Below are positions 52,794-64,000 of a stretch of 64,000 bases of DNA, in pieces. The position numbers and the translations under genes were made by a program. The DNA is taken from positions 45,818,001 to 45,882,000 of the forward strand of contig OZ024742.1 in the NCBI GenBank assembly GCA_964016885.1, written 5' to 3'. Numbering within the stretch: the first letter of the stretch is position 1; each line of letters begins with the position of its first letter. This stretch comes from Eledone cirrhosa (taxonomy: Eukaryota). The notes under the pieces are model-generated. The model worked only from the letters and a program-made list of their open reading frames with translations, had not been told where the DNA came from and ran no database searches.

Positions 52794-53405
52794 CTCTCTC
52801 TCTCTCTCTCTCTCTCTCATCTATCTCCCTCTCTCTCATCTATCTCCCTCTCTCTCATCTATCTCTCTCTCTCTCATCTATCTCTCTCTTTCTCATCTCT
52901 CTCTCTCATCTATCTCCCTCTCTCTCATCTCTCTCTCTCTCTCTCTCTCTCGTCTATCTTTGTCTCTCTCTTTTATCTCTCTCTCTCTCTCACTCTCTCT
53001 CATCTATCTTCCTCTCTCTCTCTCTCTCTCTCTCTCCCTCTCTCTCTCTCTCATCTTTCTCTTTCATCTCTCTCTGCTCTCTCCCTCTCTACTCATTATC
53101 ATCTCTCTCTTTCATCTCTCTCTGCCCTCTCTCTCATCTATCTTCCTCTCTCTCTCTCTCTCTCTCTCTCTCATCTTTCTCTTTCATCTCTCTCTGCTCT
53201 CTCCCTCTCTACTCATTATCATCTCTCTCTTTCATCTCTCTTTGCCCTCTCTCTCATCTATCTTCCTCTCTCTCTCTCTCTCTCTCATGTTTCTCTTTCA
53301 TCTCTCTCTGCTCTCTCCCTATCTACTCATTATCATCTCTCTCTTTCATCTCTCTCTGCCCTCTCTCTCATCTATCTTCCTCTCTCTCTCTCTCATCTTT
53401 CTCTT
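51655..53405. repeat. Compound low-complexity block: (GAT/GGT)n, then (TG)n with a 54-bp higher-order unit, then (TC)n with a higher-order unit of about 120 bp
   Basis: CTCAAAATG recurs every 54 bp at 52175-52395; CTACTCATTATC recurs about every 120 bp at 53090-53335. Confidence 0.95.
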
Positions 53406-53979
53406 AGTTAGTGAGAGAGGGAGAGAGATGGTGATTTGGCAGAGTTGTTAAAACGTTGGATAGAATTCTCATTCTGGCTCTGTTTTCTTTCAATCCAAAC
53501 CCTGCTGAAATAAACTTTGGCTTTCATCCTTTCAAAATCTATGAAAAAAATACCAGTCATGTACTGGGATAGATTCTTCTTCTTCTTCTTCTTCTTCTTC
53601 TTCTTCTTCTTCTTCTTCTTCTTCTTCTCCCCACCCCTCTCTCAATCTTCTGGAAGAAATCAGTTATGTTCAGACTTGAAGAGAGGATGAGCTTCATCAG
53701 GTTTAAAGTTGCCAAGTGACGCTGTATGTCACCATGGAAACATTATGACTCCACCAGGAATTACATGTTCTATACACACAGGGAAAGAAAGACAGTGACT
53801 GGCCTTTTTTAGAGCTTCCAAGACTGGTACTTTAATTTAGTGACCCTAAAAAGATGAAAGGCAAAGTTGACCTCGGAAGGATTTGAATTCAGAATGTAAA
53901 GAGCTGGAAAAATACTTCTACACATTTATCTAATGGTCTTATGTCTGCCAATTCCCCACCTTAGAAACTGAAAAAATAT

Positions 53980-54193
53980 TTGTCGATCTACTTTCGTCAA
54001 ATCGAACCGAGGAAACAATGTTTCTGTTGGTCTTTCCAATTGCTAATATTATCTATCGGTCGCAACTCCAGGTAGACGGAGCAATGTGAAATAAAGTGTT
54101 TGCTCAAGGACATAACGCATCACCCGGTCCAGGAATTGAACTGGCAACCTCACAATTGCAAATCCAGTTCTCTAACCAATCAGCCACACGCCT
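53980..54193 (-). mobile_element. tRNA/CORE-like SINE (33568 family)
   Basis: Reverse-complement match to 33568-33787. Confidence 0.88.
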
Positions 54194-55125
54194 TAGGAAC
54201 TGAAATAATATAAAATACAATGTTCAACACAGAAATACAGGCAGTGGGATTTGAACCTCTGACTTATGAACAAACAATCTGATACTTTATCCATTTGTCC
54301 AACTTGTCTCTTATAATAATATATCAGTAGTTGTGAACACACATCAGGGAAGAGGTATTCCCTGAAGGATGTATATATGTGTATATGGACTCATAACTCA
54401 TGGTGGAGTTGTAGAGACTCCATAGTGACATACAACAGCATGTTTTATGCATTTTAAATCTAGCAGAGCCCATCCTCTCTCCAGGCCCAAACACAGCTGA
54501 TTTCTTCTAGAGAAGGAGAGAAGAGGGAATTGGAAAGAGATATAGAGGAAGAATCAACTCCAGTACTACAATGGTCTTTTATTTTATTAACCTTGAAAGG
54601 ATGACCTCAGCAGGATTTGAACTCAGTATGCAGAATGAATATCAAAGCATTCTATACAACATTCTAACGATTCTGCTTATTTGCTGCCAGTCCTTTAGAA
54701 AGCATTAAAATGTTTGTAGAAAACCAATTTTGGTTAAATTAGTCTTTAATTAAGATTGTAATAAGTTAGTCTTGTAGAAACAGTTTTTCATATTCTTTAT
54801 TTTATCTTTTTTTATTTTTTCTACATATGCACCGAGAGATTCTTTGTTTTGTGTGTACCATAAAAATTGATGTGATAAAACAGACACTTGAGAAAAATAC
54901 ACATAAACCCACACATTTAAACACACACAAACACAATGGCACATATACATGTATATACACACACATACAAACCCACACATTTAAGCACACACAGACACAT
55001 TGGCACATATACAGGTATACATACACACACATACAAACCCACACACAGACTCACATATATACATGTATACACCCACACAGACATACACACACTTAGATGT
55101 ACATAGACACATTTTATACAAACTC

Positions 55126-55181
<56 letters not shown>

Positions 55182-55546
55182 CATACTTCAATAAAGTAAG
55201 CTGCATTGAGATATTCATCGACCTCTTTCTATCTTTGTACACACAAAACATTGGTTGTTATGCATAGCAACATGATAACTATCACATTAGTGATCGTAGG
55301 TTGATTGAGTAAAGACAAAAGCTAGAGATGAGTAGCTACTGAGTTGGAAACACCAATTGAATGGATATAACCCACACAAAATGATCACAGCATCACACAC
55401 ACACTGTCTGAAACAACATCTGTAAACGTTGATAGGCTATAAAAGTCATTTTTTTGTAAATAGATGGTACATTTTTTATTACATAATGCACGTCACTTGA
55501 ACAAGAATATGTTTGGTTGATGTCTTCAATTATTGTACAATACATA

Positions 55547-56031
55547 TACCATATACACTTGTATATAAGCTCAGAAATATGTGACAAAAACATCAATGGT
55601 AAAAGGGAGGGTGACTTATATTTGAGGTCAGTATTTTGCCAATTTTCACATACTTCAAAATTCTACAAAGATGAGGTACTAAAATATTTTCACTTTGGGG
55701 GGCGAATGATTCACTTTTGCCGTGAAATTTGTATTTCCTGTTTTTGATATGTTTTGAATGAACATGGCCTTGAAAATGGTCGGAAATTGGTAAAAAAACC
55801 ATTACGTAATGGAGTTGTGAAACAAAAACTATACTCTAAATTACACTTAAAACACATTTTAAATATCAAAATATTAAAACTTCATGAGAATTTCAAAACT
55901 GCACCATCTAAACATAATGTTTTGATTACCTGCTCTAGCTTATAAACAGGGTTTGGATTTTTGCCTATTTCTCAGACATAAAATAAGGGTAGACTTATAT
56001 TCGGATTGGCTTATATTCAAGTATATAGATA
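55547..56031. mobile_element. pogo/Tc-mariner-like MITE, decayed
   Basis: TACCATATACACTTGTATATAAG on the left and CTTATATTCAAGTATATAGATA on the right; internal GACTTATAT repeats. Confidence 0.55.
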
Positions 56032-56270
56032 GTCGATCGATAAGATCCCAGACCTCACTTGCTTAACAAGTGGGGTAGAGCTCATCAAATCAGACCAAGG
56101 AAACAATGTTTTCATTGGTCCTTCAAATTACTAATACTATCTACCAGGCAGAAGGAGCAACATGAAATAATGTCTTGCTCAAGGACATAATGCATCACTT
56201 GGTCCAGTAATCGAACTCACAACCTCACAATTGCGAATCCAATTCTCTAACCACTCAGCCATGCGCCTTC
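56032..56270 (-). mobile_element. tRNA/CORE-like SINE (33568 family)
   Basis: Reverse-complement match to 33568-33787. Confidence 0.85.
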
Positions 56271-56399
56271 AAGTATATGTAGCAAGGATGATTTCACAAA
56301 TGCTATGAACTTGGTTTTCCAAAGGCTAAGAACTTTGAAGTTCAATTATATAAACCTTGGTTGTGTCAACATAAGCTTACATCTTTATCAGCTGAGAAT

Positions 56400-56622
56400 G
56401 TATAACTACCATTATCACCATCATTACCAACAACATGATTATGATGGTGATTATTTTCATCAATATGATCCTCCATCTCTTCATTATCATCCTCCTCTTC
56501 ATCATCATCATCATCATCATCGTCATCATCACCGCCATCACCACCACCACCACCACCACCATCATCATCATCACCACCACCATCATCATCATCATCCTCA
56601 TCATCACCACCATCACCATCAC

Positions 56623-56655
<33 letters not shown>
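56400..56655. repeat. (CAT/CAC)n microsatellite
   Basis: Directly visible. Confidence 0.95.
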
Positions 56656-56770
56656 TAACATCTCTGATAGTGAAGCTACTGACCCCTCAGTATCTCTCAT
56701 ATATTCCCCACTCTACTGAGAACTTGTAAAAGGATTATAGTTAGAACCATCTGAGCTAATATTGTTTTAA

Positions 56771-56975
56771 CCCTTTAGCATTTAAAATGGCCAGAATCAC
56801 CTTTTCTGTTCAAACCATCCATAACCAGCCACTCATACTTATGTCAAGGTATTGTTCTCAAAATATATAATATCAAAATTTCGTAGATTCAATATTATGT
56901 GAGATAATTATATGAGATAAACTGTTTACCATGAAAATAAAATAGTAAATATAGAGTTATATAAATGCTAAAGGG
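56771..56975 (+). mobile_element. piggyBac-like MITE family 1
   Basis: TTAA|CCCTTTAGCATTTA..TAAATGCTAAAGGG|TTAA: perfect TIRs and TTAA TSD. Confidence 0.88.
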
Positions 56976-57339
56976 TTAAAGAAACTGAGCCACAAGATAT
57001 TTTCCTTAGCAGCTCATATTAAACCTCAAATTTGTAATACTTCAGGTTTTAAATTATTATTGTGACCCCAATTTTAGATATTCTGGTGTGGCCTAAACAA
57101 GTTACGTTTATTTGTGTTTCAGGAACAATTTGCCCTAATTGATTACATTAGATAAAGGACATTTGTTGCTAAATAGAGCAATTTATTGATTCCTATTAAT
57201 ATTTAATTCCTTCCTTATTTTTTCTCTTAATGTTTTCAAATTTCCAGGTTAAATGGATTTTCAAATTTTGATGGTTATTGGAATTGAACTGTTGGGAGTT
57301 GTCTCTTTTTTATTTTTCTAGCAACATACCATACTCATT

Positions 57340-57670
57340 GACAATCTCTTATCTAGGATGCAATGTGCTATGACACAGTCTCTGTCACTAAACTTGGGCA
57401 CTGCCGCCCGTAACACAGAAGAGCGGAAGATATCCAAATATCAGGACTTGACCAGTTGCTTCTTATTCATGCCAGTCACTGTCCAGACTCCTGGTGTCCT
57501 CTGTCTCTCAATTGTTGTTTTCTTCTGCAAAATCGAGAGAAGTCCATCCTATCTAAGGAAAGAACCCCATGAGGTGGAGTGGACAGTGCAGCAGGTGTCA
57601 CTGGCTGTTCTCTGCAACAATGCTTTCGGCATCTTTTTCCATGGGATGCAGTTAAGATATACCCCTTAAC
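57340..57670 (+). mobile_element. CRE-clade non-LTR fragment (C-terminus of restriction-like endonuclease)
   Basis: GTAARNTEERKISKY..FLFMPVTVQTPG..QQVSLAVLCNNA fits the A..AE..K..KY..F.P.A.ET.G..QRIS.A..RGNA pattern. Confidence 0.7.
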
Positions 57671-58040
57671 AGGTGGTGTCAATTCTGCCCTTCCCTCCTC
57701 TTTCCCTTAACTTTCATTATTTAATTTTTTTTTTTTTGAGGTTGACTTTGCCTTTCATCCTTACGGGGTCGATAAAATAAAGTACCAGTAATGCACTGGG
57801 TAATTGCTGGCCTTGTGCCTAAAGTAGAAACAATTATTTAATTTTTTTTTTTTTCCCGTATTAGGAAATTATTTATCGTTGATTTTCAATAAATTCACCT
57901 ATTCATTTAAAAAAAAATTAGTTAACTTCGGCGACATTTGAATTCAGAAAGTAACGGGATGTAACTATATGCCACTAAGTATATTGCCCAACCCTTTACC
58001 GATAATGCCAATCTACTGCCCAGGGAAAGAATTTATCATG

Positions 58041-58280
58041 TTAACCCTTTTGATACCATCTTGGCCAAAACTAGTTCTGGTTCTATGAAACAAAACCATC
58101 CATTTTAAAGGGTTCCTATTTAAATTAAAATCTTGCAACATAATTTTATATAAGAACCACTTGTTAAGATATTAACTTAGTAATGAAATGATTAATAATT
58201 CTAATAAATTCCGCAATACTTTTCACTAATTAATTGAAATAGAATGTATTTTATTAGAAATATGGTCACAAAAAAGTTAA
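58041..58280 (+). mobile_element. piggyBac-like MITE family 2
   Basis: TTAACCCTTTTGATACCAT..ATGGTCACAAAAAAGTTAA. Confidence 0.7.
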
Positions 58281-58289
58281 TTCTTATGT

Positions 58290-59053
58290 CTCGTTACCTG
58301 AAGTTTACAGAAAAGCTGCAATACAGTATGTTACAGGGAGAACTTTGCATGTAGAAGATGTACAGGAGTAATCGACAGGAAGAATGACAATGATATAAAC
58401 CTTTTCCAGTCACAGGAAGGATCCATAGACGTGGTTGATAGCTTTTGCTATCTATATGACTTAATTAGCAGTTGAGGAGGGTGCCCTGAGAGCATAATAG
58501 CTAAAACAAGGGTAAGATGGAAGAAGTTTAGATGGCTACTCCCACTGTTGACAACAAAAGGTTTCTCCCAACATACAAAAGGACAACTATATGATAATTG
58601 TGTGCAAAGTATGATGCTGCATGGTAGTGAAAGATGGGCTGTGACTGCAGAGGACATTCATAGACTGAAGAGAAATGAAGCAACTATGCTTTGCTGGATG
58701 TGTAATGTGTGAGAGAAAGGCAGAGTTTGGATGAACTGAGAGAAAGACTGGGTTTAAGAGGAATACGAGGTGGTGTGCAGGAGAGAAGACTATGTTGGTA
58801 TGAATATGTGATGCATATGGACAATGACCAATGGGTGAAGAAATGCCAAGAAATCTCAGTGGAAGGAAGCCACAGTAGATGACGACCAAGAAAGACTTAG
58901 GCAGAGGTTGTGAGAGTTGACCTCATATTGCTGGCAGAGGAGATGACAAAGGAATGCGACAAGTGGAGAGATGCCGTGCTGAGAAGGACCCATCCAACCC
59001 ATACAAGTGTGGAAAATGGACATAAAAACGATGATAATGATGGTGGTGATGAT
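58290..59053 (+). mobile_element. Decayed RTE 3' fragment (9547 family)
   Basis: Shares CCTTTTCCAGTCACAGGAAGG..CATAGACGTGGTTGATAG with 9763-9807; GAT-like tail. Confidence 0.88.
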
Positions 59054-59452
59054 ACATTTTAGCAATTTATTTATGTCACATTTATTTAGTGTCTTTACCA
59101 GTTTTAGATGGTTTGTCATTACAATAACATTGGCAGTCAGATAGAATTGTTGGTGGTATTCATTTCTGTTCTCTGATTGAAAATACTGCCAAGGTCAACT
59201 TTGCCTTTCATCTTTTCGAGGTTGATAAAAAAGTACCAGTCTAGTACTGGGATCGATTCTTCTTCTATATATATCTTTCTCACTTCTATTCTCTCACTCT
59301 CTGTCCTTCTCTGGAAGAAATCTGCTGTATTCAAACCTGGAGAGGAGATGGGCTCTGCGAGATTAAAACAAAATACCCTAGAAATTCTGTATATCAATAT
59401 GGCCCTCCTACAATTCCCTCAGGAGTACTACAATAAAGCAACAGCTACTTAA

Positions 59453-59660
59453 CCCTTTAGCATTTAAACCGGCCATATCCGGCCAGAATTCTCTTACCTC
59501 TTTCTGTTCAAACCATTTGTAACCAGCCATTCATACTTATGTTAAGGTATTGTTCTCAAAATAAATTATATCAAAATCTCATAGATTCGATATTATGTGA
59601 GGTAAAGTCTTTTCTGTGAAAATACAATAGTAAATATAGAGTAATGTAAATACTAAAGTG
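59453..59660 (+). mobile_element. piggyBac-like MITE family 1
   Basis: TTAACCCTTTAGCATTTA start; collinear with 56771-56975. Confidence 0.82.
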
Positions 59661-59776
59661 TTACACCTTACAAAATTATCAAAGCGCTGGGGGAACGAAA
59701 CGTGAAACGTTAAATCTTAACTTATATTGAAATGCCTTTTTTTACTTCATATATCTCATTATTTATAGATTGTAAT

Positions 59777-59960
59777 GGATTGGCAGTATCGGTAGAGGGT
59801 CGGACGCCATGCTTTGACGCATAGAGTTACGGCCCTTGCCATTCTGAGTTCAAATCCCGCCGAGGTTAACTTTGCCTTTCATCCTTACTGGGTCAATAAA
59901 ATAAAGTACCAGTAATACACTGGTTAATTGCTGGCCTTGTGCCAAACGTAGAAACAATTA
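59777..59960 (+). mobile_element. Young Meta-like SINE
   Basis: Full copy, flanked by the direct repeat ATTTATAGATTGTAAT (TSD-like). Confidence 0.9.
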
Positions 59961-60121
59961 TTTATAGATTGTAATCAGTTTAAGGATTAGTTTACAAAAC
60001 AATACAGTAATTTGATTATTCATGTTTTTTGTGCTTACATTATTGAAACACTAAAAATAGAAACTCCACATTTATTTCCATTAAGCTCTTTATACGTGTG
60101 TGTCTGTATGTGCATGTATGC

Positions 60122-60153
<32 letters not shown>

Positions 60154-60224
60154 GTGTGTATGTGTGTGTGTATATGTATATATATATGTGTGTGTATATA
60201 TATACATGTATATATATATATATG

Positions 60225-60567
60225 GAGGCACATGGCTTAGTGGTTAGAGCATTGGCCTTGCAATCGAACAGTTGTGAGTTCAATTCTCAGACCGGGTGAT
60301 GTGTTGTTTCCTTGAGCAAGACACTTTATTTCACATTGCTCCAGTTTACTCAGCTGTAGAAATGAGATGATAGGTACCCCAGTCCCTATCATCTTATTTC
60401 TACAGCTGAGTAAACTGCAAAGTGGTCGTGGAGGTGCCATGGCAAAAAAAGCACCCAGCACTCACTGTAAATGAGGTTGGTGTTAGGAAGGGCATCCAGC
60501 TGTAGAAATCAAGCCAGAATCAGTTCCCGTCCCACCCTTGCAAGCAGTAAAATGATGATGATGATGA
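60225..60567 (+). mobile_element. tRNA/CORE-like SINE with an RTE tail
   Basis: Matches 38838-39215; ends in (GAT)n. Confidence 0.9.
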
Positions 60568-60610
60568 TATATATATATACCTGTGTATATATATATATAT
60601 ATATATACAC

Positions 60611-60641
<31 letters not shown>

Positions 60642-60688
60642 TATATATATATATATATACATATATATACATATATATGTATATAGTG

Positions 60689-60908
60689 AAGGCGTGTGGC
60701 TGAGTGGTTAGAGAATTGGATTTGCAATTGTAAGGTTGTGAGTTCGATTCCTGGACCAGGCGATGCGTTATGTCCTTGAGCAAGACACTTTATTTCACGT
60801 TGCTCCTTCTACCTGGAGTTGCGACCGATAGATAGTATTAGCAATTGGAAAGACCAACGGAAACATTGTTCCCTCGGTCCGATTTGACGAAAGTCGATCG
60901 TTCCTTTA
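60689..60908 (+). mobile_element. Young tRNA/CORE-like SINE
   Basis: Near-identical to 33568-33787. Confidence 0.92.
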
Positions 60909-61209
60909 TATATATATATATATGTATATATATATACGTATATATATATGTGTATATATACATACATATATATACGTGTGTATATATATATGTGTATATA
61001 TATGTATATATATGTATGTATATATATGAAAATATGGGTGAGAAGAATACTGCTGGTTGCACATGGATAACATGTTATAAAATGAGTCCCTCATCAGTGA
61101 TTTACCAAACGATCATGGGTATTTCATCGCATTAAAAATCATATACCTCACGTTGGAGCGATAATAACTAAAATAAGTTATTAGGACAATAGAAACGCGT
61201 AAAGCGAGT

Positions 61210-63771
61210 CATCATCATCATCATCATCATCACCGTTTTACGTCCGTTCTTCCACGCTAGCATGGGTTAGACGGGTTGTCCTGTTGTGGGCAGTGTCTGG
61301 TCGGCTGACCATGCCTTGCTCATACAGGAACTGATCTGGCTTGATTTCTACAGCTGGATGCCCTTCCTAACACCAACCTCATTTACAGTGAGTGCTGGGT
61401 GCTTTTTCGTGGCGCCTATACGTCCACTTTACAGTGTGGGCTGGGTGCTTTTTTGCCGTGGCACCTCCACGACCACCTTGCGGTGGGGGGGGGGGGGCAT
61501 ATTGTTTATATGCTTCAGCATGTACCCATGGGAGGTCGGGTACCCTGTATTACTGCGTGACGCCAGAAGTCACGGTCGTGTGTCATTGACTTTGAGAGGT
61601 GTAGTTGGGTAAGGTCGGCTTTTATCACCTCATCCCAAGTCATCTTGGGTCTCCCCACTCCGCGGTTTCCATCAACTTCTAGTGCTCTGCACCTTTTTAT
61701 GCAGCTGTCATCCTTCATACGCATCACATGTCCATACCAGCGTAACCGCCTCTCCTGCACGCAGCATTTGATTCCTCTTATGCTCAGTCTCTCTCTCAAT
61801 TCATTTATGCTTTGTCGTTCACGTATATTACTGTTACACATCCATCGGAGCATGCAGGCTTCGTTTCTCTCTAATCTACGTAAGTCTTCCACCTTCAGCG
61901 CCCAGGTCTCACTACCATGCAACATCGCTGTTCGGATACACGCATCATACAGTCTGCCTTTCATTCTGAGGGAGAAGCCTTTTGCAGCTAGCAGTGGTAG
62001 TAGTTCCCTAAACTTCTTCCATCCCGTTCTTACCCTAGTTATTGTACTTTCTGAGCACCCACCTCCGTTGCTAATTCGGTCACCTAGGTAGCAGAAGCTG
62101 TCTACTGTTTCTACAGGGCCCTCCCAGAGATTGGTGGTACTTGTTTCCTGTGGCTGTTTGCTTGCTGTTTCAGCACAGCTGCTGCATGTGAATCCTACAT
62201 TCTTAATTAAGCTTCCTGAGATCCCGCTACATCTCTTGTGTACCCATTGTTTGCATTTGGGGCAAAGAATGGAGTTCCTACCTACACCTTTCCTACATAC
62301 TGAGCAAGGCCATTTCCCTGAGGGGATCTGGGTTCTGTTTTCTCGTCTACTTATAAGGACCTTAGTCTTTGTCATGTTGACTTTGAGGCCCTTTCTCTCT
62401 AGTCCCTGCTTCCAGGTTTGGAATTTATTCTCTAGTTCTACCATAGATTCAGCTATGAGTGCGAGGTCATCAGCATACAGGAGTTCCCATGGGCATCCGG
62501 TCTTAAACTCCTCCGTTATTGCCTGCAGGACTATGATGAACAGGAGAGGGCTAAGAACAGAGCCCTGGTGGACCCCAACCTGTACGCTAAATTCCTCGCT
62601 ATACTCATTGCCAATCCTAACTTTGCTGACTGCTCCCCTATACATGGCTTGTACCGCTTTCACAAGCCATTCATCTACTCCTAGTTTTCTAAGAGCCCAC
62701 CAGATTACTGCACGTGGAACTCTGTCAAAGGCTTTCTCAAGGTCGACAAATGCCAAGTAGAGTGGCTTACTTTTAGCTAGGTACTTTTCCTGTAATTGCC
62801 TCACAAGGAAGAGCGCATCAGTGGTGCCTTTCCCTGGAACAAACCCAAATTGCATCTCGTCTATATTCACCCGGTCCCTAATCAGCTGTGCTATAACTCT
62901 TTCTGTTACTTTCATGACCTGGTCCATCAACTTTATACCTCTATAGTTTCCTCTATCTAGTGCATCGCCTTTACCTTTGTAGCAGTTGACAATGATGCTA
63001 CTGCACCAATCTTTTGGTATGGCCCCCTCTAGTATTACCTGGTTAACGATACGTGTGGTTATAGTGTGACCTACAGACCCAGATGCCTTCAGCATCTCGG
63101 CAGCTATACCCGATGGACCGGTTGCCTTCCCTATCTTCATATCTCTGATTGCCTTACTTACTACGCTGCCGCTGACTTGTACTGCTGGTCCCTCTATAGG
63201 GTCTACGTGGGGTAGGGTCTCTTCTTCCCATGCATTCTCCTCATTTAGTAATCTATCATAATGACTCTTCCATGCATCTTTCTTCTCAGCACTTGTGAGG
63301 GCAAGCTCACCTTTATCATTCCGGATACACTTCTCTCCAATGACATCACAACTATCTCTGACACACTGCCTCGCAATCTTGAATACCTCCTGTTTCTGGT
63401 CCTCACGTTGTAAAACATGCTTGAATTTTCTATCCTCTGCTTCCCTCCTAGCTAAGTATACTTGTCGCCTAGCTTCCCTCTTGGTCTCTATGTAATGTAC
63501 CCTGCTCCCCCCGTTCTTCCATTCTTTCCATGCCTGTCTCTTGGCCTTGACTGCTTCATCTACCTTATTGTTCCACCACCAAGTCACTCTCCTCCTGCTT
63601 GAGGTCTTACTCCAGCCACAAACCTCATCCGTCGCCTCTAGTAAGTTATTTTTTAGGAACTCCCAGTTCTCTTCTACGTTAAATGTCTCTATCTGTTCTT
63701 CTTTACTGTCGTAGGCGTTGAGTAAAATATCTTTAAATCTGTTACTGGTTGAGGGGACTTTCAGCTTCCAG
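61210..63771 (-). mobile_element. Young 5'-truncated RTE LINE
   Basis: (CAT)n tail at 61210, 3' UTR and an uninterrupted ORF; homology stops at WKLK (about 63770). Confidence 0.97.
61515..63770 (-). CDS. RTE reverse transcriptase plus PHD-like finger (5'-truncated, endonuclease missing)
   Basis: NYRGIKL, QFGF, FVDLEKAFDRV, QGSVLSPLLF, YADD, C4HC3; about 750 codons without a stop. The first residues of the track ORF come from the flank. Confidence 0.93.
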   Translation of the reverse strand, partial: WKLKVPSTSNRFKDILLNAYDSKEEQIETFNVEENWEFLKNNLLEATDEVCGWSKTSSRRRVTWWWNNKVDEAVKAKRQAWKEWKNGGSRVHYIETKREARRQVYLARREAEDRKFKHVLQREDQKQEVFKIARQCVRDSCDVIGEKCIRNDKGELALTSAEKKDAWKSHYDRLLNEENAWEEETLPHVDPIEGPAVQVSGSVVSKAIRDMKIGKATGPSGIAAEMLKASGSVGHTITTRIVNQVILEGAIPKDWCSSIIVNCYKGKGDALDRGNYRGIKLMDQVMKVTERVIAQLIRDRVNIDEMQFGFVPGKGTTDALFLVRQLQEKYLAKSKPLYLAFVDLEKAFDRVPRAVIWWALRKLGVDEWLVKAVQAMYRGAVSKVRIGNEYSEEFSVQVGVHQGSVLSPLLFIIVLQAITEEFKTGCPWELLYADDLALIAESMVELENKFQTWKQGLERKGLKVNMTKTKVLISRRENRTQIPSGKWPCSVCRKGVGRNSILCPKCKQWVHKRCSGISGSLIKNVGFTCSSCAETASKQPQETSTTNLWEGPVETVDSFCYLGDRISNGGGCSESTITRVRTGWKKFRELLPLLAAKGFSLRMKGRLYDACIRTAMLHGSETWALKVEDLRRLERNEACMLRWMCNSNIRERQSINELRERLSIRGIKCCVQERRLRWYGHVMRMKDDSCIKRCRALEVDGNRGVGRPKMTWDEVIKADLTQLHLSKSMTHDRDFWRHAVIQGTRPPMGTC

Positions 63772-64000
63772 GAGACAAGTAAACAACACAGGGGGAAGCT
63801 AACCGAAGATGGAAATAAACACAAGCAACATAGTTATTCTTTCAGCATAAGCTGTGTGAATATATGAGCGAGTCAGAAAACAGACCTTTCGCTAGTGAAT
63901 CCGGTGTTAGAAAGAATGAAAACCGTTTTTCCAGTGAACGAGGAAGATATATATATATATATAAATATATATATGATATATAGGATATGTCCCAAGGCTC

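Noticed and set aside
52115-53451. Long CV- and SL-rich ORFs
   Set aside because: Translations of (TG)n and (TC)n repeats

Overview
Eukaryotic, AT-rich, repeat-dominated animal DNA. The mix of RTE LINEs with (GAT)n tails, tRNA-headed SINEs and very dense (TA)n/(CA)n arrays suggests a cephalopod (octopus-like) genome; this is an inference. There is no prokaryotic gene content and no CRISPR array. Recognisable coding sequence is almost all retrotransposon: five larger RTE copies carrying a PHD-like finger or C-terminal region, smaller RTE fragments, a CRE-type endonuclease fragment and a possible Penelope GIY-YIG remnant. One plausible host first exon (polyH/Q, 28433-28732) ends in a good splice donor. 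Three large minisatellites (42, 32 and 79 bp units) produce spurious giant ORFs. hAT-, piggyBac- and pogo/Tigger-like MITEs and two SINE groups are also present. The most notable signal is not in the ORF track: about eleven type I hammerhead-ribozyme motifs (CTGANGA..GAAA..NUH with covarying stems), about four of them apparently intact. They sit in short inserts next to (TA)n tracts, and many occur as fold-back (inverted) pairs, as expected for Penelope-like pseudo-LTR remnants. The 42-bp satellite lies in the loop of one such fold-back, and the 79-bp satellite lies inside a hAT MITE.
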